NCBI GenBank assembly: GCA_963844855.1
Contig: CAWJQP010000080.1
Location: 536,562 to 600,561, forward strand
Origin: Bryobacteraceae bacterium
GTDB taxonomy: Bacteria; Acidobacteriota; Terriglobia; Bryobacterales; Bryobacteraceae
Length of the DNA stretch: 64,000 nt
Direction of reading: 5' to 3'
The notes beneath the pieces were generated by a model, which was not told where the DNA came from, made no database searches, and saw only the letters and a list, made by a program, of their open reading frames with translations. The position numbers and the translations under genes are program-made. Shown piece after piece: positions 62,668 through 64,000 of the stretch. Within the stretch, counting starts at the first letter, position 1, and each line of letters starts with the position of its first letter.

Positions 62668-63990
62668 ATGACCACCCGCCGAGAAATCATCGCTTTATCA
62701 GCAGCTTCCGCACTAGCGCAACCCAGCGGGCAGGACTTGCTGGCCCAGATTATTCCGAGACATGACGCTAGCGTCGAACGCACGCTGCAAATGCAAGTCA
62801 CCGACCCGGCAAGCCGCTGGCGCGGAATCTACCCCGATGAATATGGGCTCCACAACCCAGGAACGGCGGCCGGTGTCATCGATACTTTGCTGACGGCGTA
62901 TCTCCAACCAAAATCGAAGTATTACAACGACAAAGCGATACCGGAAAGAATCAAACTCGCGGCAGACTTCCTGACAAGAGTTCAGAGCCCAGACGGGAAT
63001 ATCAATCTTCTAATCACGAACTTCAACTCCCCACCCGATACGGGTTTTGTCGTCCGCGCGATCTGTCCGTCCGTCACACTTGCCAAGCGCTCCGGCAAGA
63101 CCGACCTGGTCCGTCTCGTTGAGCCTTTTCTACGAAAAGCGGGCGATGGCATGACCAAAGGTGGGATTCACACGCCGAACCATCGCTGGGTTGTATCGGC
63201 GGCGCTGGCGCAACTCTATGATCTTTTCGGCGAAGCGGCCTACGTGCGCCGGATCGACCAGTGGCTCGCCGAAGGCATCGATATCGATGCCGAGGGCCAA
63301 TACAGCGAACGTAGCACCTACGTATACAACCCGATCACAAACAATGCATTTGTCACGATGGCCGCGAAGTTGAAACGGCCTCAACTGCTCGACCCGGTCC
63401 GCAAGAATCTCGAAAGCATGATGTACCTGCTGCATCCGGGCTATGAAGTGGTAACGGAGTTCTCACGGCGTCAGGATCTCAACCAGCGCGGCGACATGGG
63501 CTCGTATTGGTTCGCGCTGGCGTATATGGCGAACCACGATAAGGACGGTCGACTTGCCACAATGGCCCGTCATTTCGCGGCAACGCGCGCGCCACTTTCA
63601 GCTCTGATGGAATATCCGGATCTCGCGTCGTCCAACGTAGCATCAGCGCCGGTTCCCGATAATTACCGCCGCGTTTTCCCGCACAACGGCTTCGTCCGCG
63701 TTCGGAGAGGTCCGGTCAGCGCGACGATTCTCGCGGGTAATCGCAGCCGGTTCTTCAGCCTAAGAAATGGACAAGCGTCTATTAACGCCGTTCGATTCGC
63801 AAGTGCGTTCTTCGGCAGAGGCCAGTTTTCGTCGGAGTCGTTTCAGGACAAAGACGGGATAATTCATCTCACCCAAGATCTCGAGGCGCAGTATTACCAA
63901 CCGCTCGACCCGGCCCGCCCGGTGAATGCCGATGAGTGGGCGGCGACAAGGCGCGATCGGAAGCGCACCGAAGTGTGCCACTTGAAGCAA
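62668..63990 (+). CDS. Tat-secreted hypothetical protein (partial, runs off window end), possibly polysaccharide lyase/heparinase II/III-like
   Basis: MTTRREIIALSAASALA twin-arginine-type signal. Alpha-helical N-terminal half with HTPNHRW motif. No stop before the window end. Confidence 0.45.
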
Positions 63991-64000
63991 TCCGCCACGA

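Noticed and set aside
1-64000. CRISPR arrays, rRNA genes, IS elements/transposases, integrases
   Set aside because: No direct-repeat/spacer periodicity, no rRNA-like segments, and no transposase or integrase-like ORFs were seen. The tRNA-like gene has no adjacent integrase.

Overview
High-GC (~58-60%) chromosomal segment. The gene content looks Acidobacteriota-like: several M28/PA peptidases, TPR-porin, many Tat- or Sec-secreted hypotheticals, sigma-54 two-component system. This taxonomic call is inferred from gene content only. The window is densely coding (~57 genes) with no rRNA, CRISPR array or obvious transposon. Recognisable genes include: NAD-dependent epimerase, inositol monophosphatase, acyl-CoA ligase, tsaE/nnr, LOG-family protein, lpxD, infC, comF, cysD/cysNC, an RND efflux pair (adaptor and pump), a HelZ-like SNF2 helicase with SWIM zinc-finger partner, SPFH protein, one tRNA-like gene, bacterial metallothionein, C-N hydrolase, LacI and IclR-type regulators, NtrC-like response regulator with its kinase, FAH-family hydrolase, DsbA-like protein, corA, queA, tsaD, rlmH, and a GT2 / GH-like / TPR-porin exopolysaccharide-type cluster. 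Main caveat: at least 20 genes are split across adjacent reading frames. Where the junction was examined it is a 1-nt length change, and at the sites checked (MT 575-590, HK 43371, M28-PDZ 34020) the extra base sits in a homopolymer: CCCCC at 43371, GG at 34020 and 580. Four further junctions were localised to small windows (LpxD, TolB-like, CysD, UDG) but no homopolymer was established there; the remaining breaks were inferred only from paired ORFs in different frames. This looks like sequencing or assembly indel noise, or less likely real gene decay. These genes are reported as pseudogene-type features spanning the merged pieces. Candidate accessory or unusual modules: a DUF4258 / zinc-ribbon toxin-antitoxin pair in a low-GC islet; a radical-SAM + DUF4130-UDG4 DNA repair/modification pair; the SNF2+SWIM operon; a three-repeat secreted protein; an IclR-HTH/PBP1 chimeric regulator; a tRNA with an aberrant anticodon loop; and a CysNC whose APS-kinase P-loop is deleted.
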